NCBI GenBank assembly: GCA_049322915.1
Contig: JBMOPW010000010.1
Location: 73,994 to 137,993 of the forward strand
Direction of reading: 5' to 3'
Source: Candidatus Zhuqueibacterota bacterium
Lineage (GTDB): Bacteria; Zhuqueibacterota; Zhuqueibacteria; Thermofontimicrobiales; Thermofontimicrobiaceae
Length of the DNA: 64,000 nucleotides
Below the pieces are notes generated by a model. It did no database searches and was not told where the DNA came from. It saw only the letters and a list, made by a program, of their open reading frames with translations. Each line of letters starts with the position of its first letter. Positions within the stretch are counted from its first letter, which is position 1. Below, piece by piece: positions 61,701 to 64,000 of the stretch. Both the position numbers and the translations under genes were made by a program.

Positions 61701-62654
61701 ACATTCAGCCGGCAGATTGAGCAGGAACGAAAACCGTTGCATTTGCATTTAATAGTCAAAGAAGCCATTCAGTTGCTTCGGCCTTCCATTCCGTCGACTA
61801 TTCAGATCCGGCAGCGCATCCGGAGTACGTGCGATCCTGTGCTGGCGGATGCGTCGCAAATTCACCAGGTCATCATGAACCTGTGCACCAATGGCTATCA
61901 GTCCATGGAAGAAAAGGGCGGCGTCCTCACCATCGAATTGAAGCAGGTGCATTTGGACGCGGAAGCGGTGAAACATTCCGTGAACCTGAAACAGAAGGAT
62001 TACGCGGTTTTGACTATCGCCGATACCGGCATTGGGATGGATGGCGCCACCCTGGAGCGAATTTTCGATCCGTTCTTCACGACAAAGGCGGTGGATAAAG
62101 GCACCGGGCTGGGACTGGCTGTTGTGCATGGCATTGTCCGCAGCCATCACGGCGATGTGTTTGTGGAAAGTGAACCGGGCAAAGGGTCCTCGTTTCGGGT
62201 GTACCTGCCGGTTGTCCAGGAAAAAATAGCATTGGACATCCCGGCGCCAGGCGAAAAGATGCATACCGGACATGAGACAATCCTCGTCGTGGATGACGAG
62301 GAAATAGTCGCCAGCGTCGTCCGCAAAATGCTGGAGCAGTATGGATATTGCGTGGAAGTATTTTTGAACAGCAGGGATGCGCTGCATGCATTTCAGAAAC
62401 AGCCTGATAAATATGATCTGGTCATTTCCGATCTGACCATGCCCTCATTCACCGGTCTGGATTTGGCAAATCATGTTCATCAATCTCGCCCGGATATGCC
62501 TTTCGTTCTGATGACCGGCTATGGCGAAAATCTGTCGGAAGATATCTTGAAGCACTACTGTATTGCAGCCATCGTTGGAAAACCAATTGAGATGAAAATG
62601 CTAAATGAACTTGTCAGAAAAACCATCGATAGTCATTCGAGGGGAGATGAATAA
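55770..62654 (+). CDS. Giant cytoplasmic hybrid histidine kinase (about 3 GAF-like + about 11 PAS + HisKA + HATPase + REC)
   Basis: Repeated SE(E)xxR.L...D(I/V)T.RK PAS units, AHDFNNIL H-box, GTGLGL, C-terminal REC; no TM segment apparent. Confidence 0.92.
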   Translation: MTDNHKSKSQLVAELHTLRQRISDLETRPFPGDSPERRIQHLNRVLRAIRNVNQLITKEKNREALIEKTCATLVETRGFFSAWIVLLNDDQSLVQAAADGLGDEFQTLKQQLAAGSLNECATRALKRRGVVVIENTVNECHGCPLVGKEPGRAMTVRLEFGRRVYGALSVAVPATLATDSEEQLLLHEVADDIGFALHNIDLEQERDMTETALRDSEERFRMLFNSGSDITVVTELKRSGIPGKILDVNDNATKILGYTKEELRQHSPLDFMPLQEKKKYLAISKKLMVEKKAIFETSGYTKSGLLLDFEISAEITRYQGKRLLISVVRDISWRRQAEEKLRASEEKYRDLFQNAPIGIFQTNSRGQALLANDAMAGILGFEEPGAVLEYYQNLGEQLYVSPERRDEFIRLIRENGHVEDFEYEAKLSDGRIVWLRMNARASQKSEDGSFTIQGFTSDVTQRRWVEDAYRDLVDHSLQGIGVLQDGVLVFANRALTQITGYSHEELMAMSPQQMHETVHPEDREWVLKNLTDRMAGRDVSGRSEFRIIRKDGSVRWVEAFATRIERHGKSSLQITYIDITQRKLAEDALRRSEGLLERTQRITKVGGWEWDILQQAMYWTDEAYRIHDYDPAAIEPGDKSHVEASLRCYDPADQPVISQAFERCAREGQSYDLEFPFTTSKGRRLWIRTSARAEYENGRIARVNGMIADITDRRQAELALKESETLLRSVIDAIPVCIYAKDLHGTYIFANQFIADLYGTTPAEIIGKTDLDFAERMSLTQEDAAAFMRDDQEVITRQQIKIVEEEPYTRPDGTVRWFHTTKLPLQLQDNPLCMLGVSKDITERRAMQEKLRQSEERHRHLLESIQDSVYVLDREWRHTLVNEAGVRFTHVPRERLLGNKLTDLFPGVENTPFFETFQRVMNDRRPEVVSTEFTFEDGRSGWYEIYVSPVPEGILCISRDISERMRATEALRQNEEKLRLLFHNINDVFYCIDRSGAVIDMSPSVERILGYEPAALIGKSFPELNILSPDSLRRALADTLQVLSGESISMAEYEFIARDGSRRYGEVSGSPIFVNGEIVAVASVARDITERKWAEESLRESENLFRTLYTNLPGGMVLIDSDYRIKDVNPATCTITGYSRDELVGQLCDIICPKGSLSKKCPIWAQGAAGFEGMDTAMKCKNGYRNPVLKNSRRVLVNGKEHILEVFQDTRPLKEAEHALRTSEEQFRLLAENSVDCIWKMDTSLRFTYLSPALERMFGSKPDEWIGTTLRSHFRKKEYEKIEYLIVRIFSNDPSITNFNFETKMLNNEGEEVDLEVTGKVLLDDDGQLIGLQGTTRHIAERKIAEARLGYRFDLERLIADISSRLVGMESSELDAEIRYILKRIGKFTQTDRISLYRFNNDYSMASRTHEWRARGVRAQKEHMQNLPAAHFPLWSKKLQQFETICIPSVSEMPEEACAEKDFLQSLGEKSLLVVPLVYGSELLGFMTFNSYQKERTWSDEDKALIRTIGEILAAKLVNRRVEKEKAKLFHDMGERLKEMNLMFQVSQFKVEPNATLGEFLQKTVNSIPTAWQFSEIACARIALNGKEYATENFKATRWCQAAPILLHGEKAGMLQVCYLEKRPDEFEGPFLREERYLIESIAQQITTFAERNTSEIELRDSEEKFRTITEQMADMVFLTDALGHLSYVSPASEQIFGYPFGAMNGHPFMEFLVDSEIPKAIAAFQTSLSTRSEVRNLELLMKRADGSVFTGELNARVYIKGDFVGTIGLIRDITERKRSVEALRESEQRYKDFIQNSPLGVFVSDENGRYIQVNPSASKITGYSETELLTMGIADFVSEDMMEQGMKHFQTVIHEGKAYGELRFRHKSGELRWWVISAVKLSDTRFLAFCDDSTERKKNEEERTNLEAQLRRSQKMETIGTLAGGIAHDFNNILTPIMGYTDMAISQLSLDHPLREDLKLVLRGAHRAKDLVQQILTFSRQIEQERKPLHLHLIVKEAIQLLRPSIPSTIQIRQRIRSTCDPVLADASQIHQVIMNLCTNGYQSMEEKGGVLTIELKQVHLDAEAVKHSVNLKQKDYAVLTIADTGIGMDGATLERIFDPFFTTKAVDKGTGLGLAVVHGIVRSHHGDVFVESEPGKGSSFRVYLPVVQEKIALDIPAPGEKMHTGHETILVVDDEEIVASVVRKMLEQYGYCVEVFLNSRDALHAFQKQPDKYDLVISDLTMPSFTGLDLANHVHQSRPDMPFVLMTGYGENLSEDILKHYCIAAIVGKPIEMKMLNELVRKTIDSHSRGDE

Positions 62655-63028
62655 TGTATATTATTGTCATTGAAGATGATGATGCTGTCCGGGGGCTGAT
62701 CAGCCGGATTCTGATTTCAGAAAAACATGATGTGATGGAAGCTGCAAATGGCAAAGAGGGCCTGGCTTTACTGAGCAAAAGCAAGAAAATCGATTTAATC
62801 ATCACCGATATCATTATGCCCGATGTGGAAGGGCTGGAGACCATTCGGGAAGCGAAGGAGCGATTGCCTCAGGTTAAAATATTGGCCATCTCCGGCGGCG
62901 GCCGCATCCATGCACAGGATTATCTGGCCATTGCTAAAGGGCTGGGAGCGGATATGACGCTGCAGAAGCCGTTCATCCGGCAGGATTTGATCGACGCGGT
63001 GAATCAGCTCACCCAAAACGAAGCGTGA
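62654..63028 (+). CDS. Single-domain response regulator
   Basis: IEDDD, TDIIMP, ISGGG, KPF; TAATG overlap with the kinase stop. Confidence 0.92.
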   Translation: MYIIVIEDDDAVRGLISRILISEKHDVMEAANGKEGLALLSKSKKIDLIITDIIMPDVEGLETIREAKERLPQVKILAISGGGRIHAQDYLAIAKGLGADMTLQKPFIRQDLIDAVNQLTQNEA

Positions 63029-63226
63029 ACTGCGAGCCCGTTCGCCGCAATGACAACGCCTCAGTCTCCATTTCGGTTTCCGAGGGCGGAGAGCATGCCC
63101 GTGTTTCTATGAATTTCCGACGATCGGCTGTTGTGCGGCGGGATGAATTTTCAAATCACCGGCGCCGAAATGTCCGACGTTCGAGCGGCGCCCATTGAAT
63201 TGAACGTAACGACAGGAGAAACGATT

Positions 63227-63730
63227 ATGTACGAGAAGAGCATTGAATTGCTGAATAAGGCTGTGGCCGAAGAACTGACAGCGGTTCACCAATACATGTA
63301 TTACCATTTTTATTGCGATGACCTGGGGTATGACCTGTTGTCACTGCTGTTCCGGCGGACGGCCATCGAAGAGATGCTTCACATCGAAAACATTGCGGAG
63401 CGCATTCTGTTCCTCAAAGGCGAAGTGGAAATGGTCGCGTCGGCGGAGGTGGTCAAAAATCACGACGTGAAAGATATGCTAGAGCATGCCGTCCAATTGG
63501 AGCAGGGAGCCATTCGAGATTATAACCTGTGGGCCAACGAATGCGCCGCCCATGCGGACTCTGTTTCTAAGAAATTGTTCGAATCGCTGGTGATGGACGA
63601 GGAGCGCCATTACGACCAGTTCGACACAGAACTAGATAACATGGAGAAGTTCGGGGTCAACTATTTGGTGCTGCAATCCATCGAGCGCAGCAAAACGGTA
63701 GCCGCCGGAACGCCGCAGCAGACCGCCTGA
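63227..63730 (+). CDS. bfr: Bacterioferritin
   Basis: ELTAVHQYMYYH, EEMLH (heme Met), AERILFL, DEERH; CAGGAGA SD. Confidence 0.88.
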   Translation: MYEKSIELLNKAVAEELTAVHQYMYYHFYCDDLGYDLLSLLFRRTAIEEMLHIENIAERILFLKGEVEMVASAEVVKNHDVKDMLEHAVQLEQGAIRDYNLWANECAAHADSVSKKLFESLVMDEERHYDQFDTELDNMEKFGVNYLVLQSIERSKTVAAGTPQQTA

Positions 63731-63930
63731 AGATGACCGTGATTTGGGGCGAAACAGCGCCGCAGCAATGCAAATCTGATCCGGGGTGAGATGCGACGGG
63801 ACGTCCCGAAGAATGGCCGATAAAGATCCGCGCTGCTGTGTCAACTCGCCCGGTCTAATAAGTGATCGAACGAAAATTGTATCCGCTCAATATTTTCGGG
63901 CAATTATAAGTTACAAATAACGTGATGGTT

Positions 63931-63993
63931 GTCTTTCCCGCATGCTCTTAGCGGGAATCCACGCTGATTCAATGGATGCCCGATAAAAGCCCA
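63931..63993. repeat. Palindromic GTC(A/T)TTCCCGC...GCGGGAATCCA-type miniature repeat (partial)
   Basis: GTCTTTCCCGCATGCTCTTAGCGGGAATCCA followed by TGGATGCCCG, the start of an inverted partner; lies at the window edge. Confidence 0.45.
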
Positions 63994-64000
63994 GCCTGTC

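Noticed and set aside
1..64000. CRISPR arrays, tRNA/rRNA/tmRNA, prophage or transposase genes
   Set aside because: No regularly spaced direct repeats, cloverleafs or corresponding protein motifs were seen by eye; a dedicated scan could still find short RNAs.

Overview
A 64-kb bacterial chromosomal segment, mostly housekeeping and metabolic genes with GC-rich coding regions and AT-rich intergenic gaps. A Bacteroidota-type bS22 ribosomal protein, a short region-1.1-less sigma-70, outer-membrane lipoprotein/beta-barrel genes and anaerobe-type proteins suggest a diderm FCB-related anaerobe such as candidate division KSB1 (inference only). Recognisable genes: rsgA, rnr, two HU paralogues, Nfu/IscU, nfo, lpdA, lipA, ferredoxin, a LonC-type protease, ychF, nadA, tatC, nrdR, glyA, rpiB, hutI, two hybrid histidine kinases (one about 2,300 aa) and bacterioferritin. 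No rRNA, tRNA, CRISPR array, transposase, integrase or phage genes were seen. The most notable observations are: (1) a remodelled rnf operon in which RnfD is intact, RnfC has lost its FMN/NAD-binding motif but kept both [4Fe-4S] motifs, RnfA has lost its metal-ligating cysteines, rnfE survives only as a C-terminal remnant, and rnfG/rnfB are absent; (2) an HU paralogue lacking the DNA-intercalating proline; (3) a consensus promoter plus terminator bracketing a candidate RNA of about 250 nt after rnr; (4) several REP/MITE-like palindromic elements, some showing compensatory stem changes; (5) a 31-aa bS22 gene missed by the ORF track. All family assignments come from motif recognition by eye; no database searches were run.
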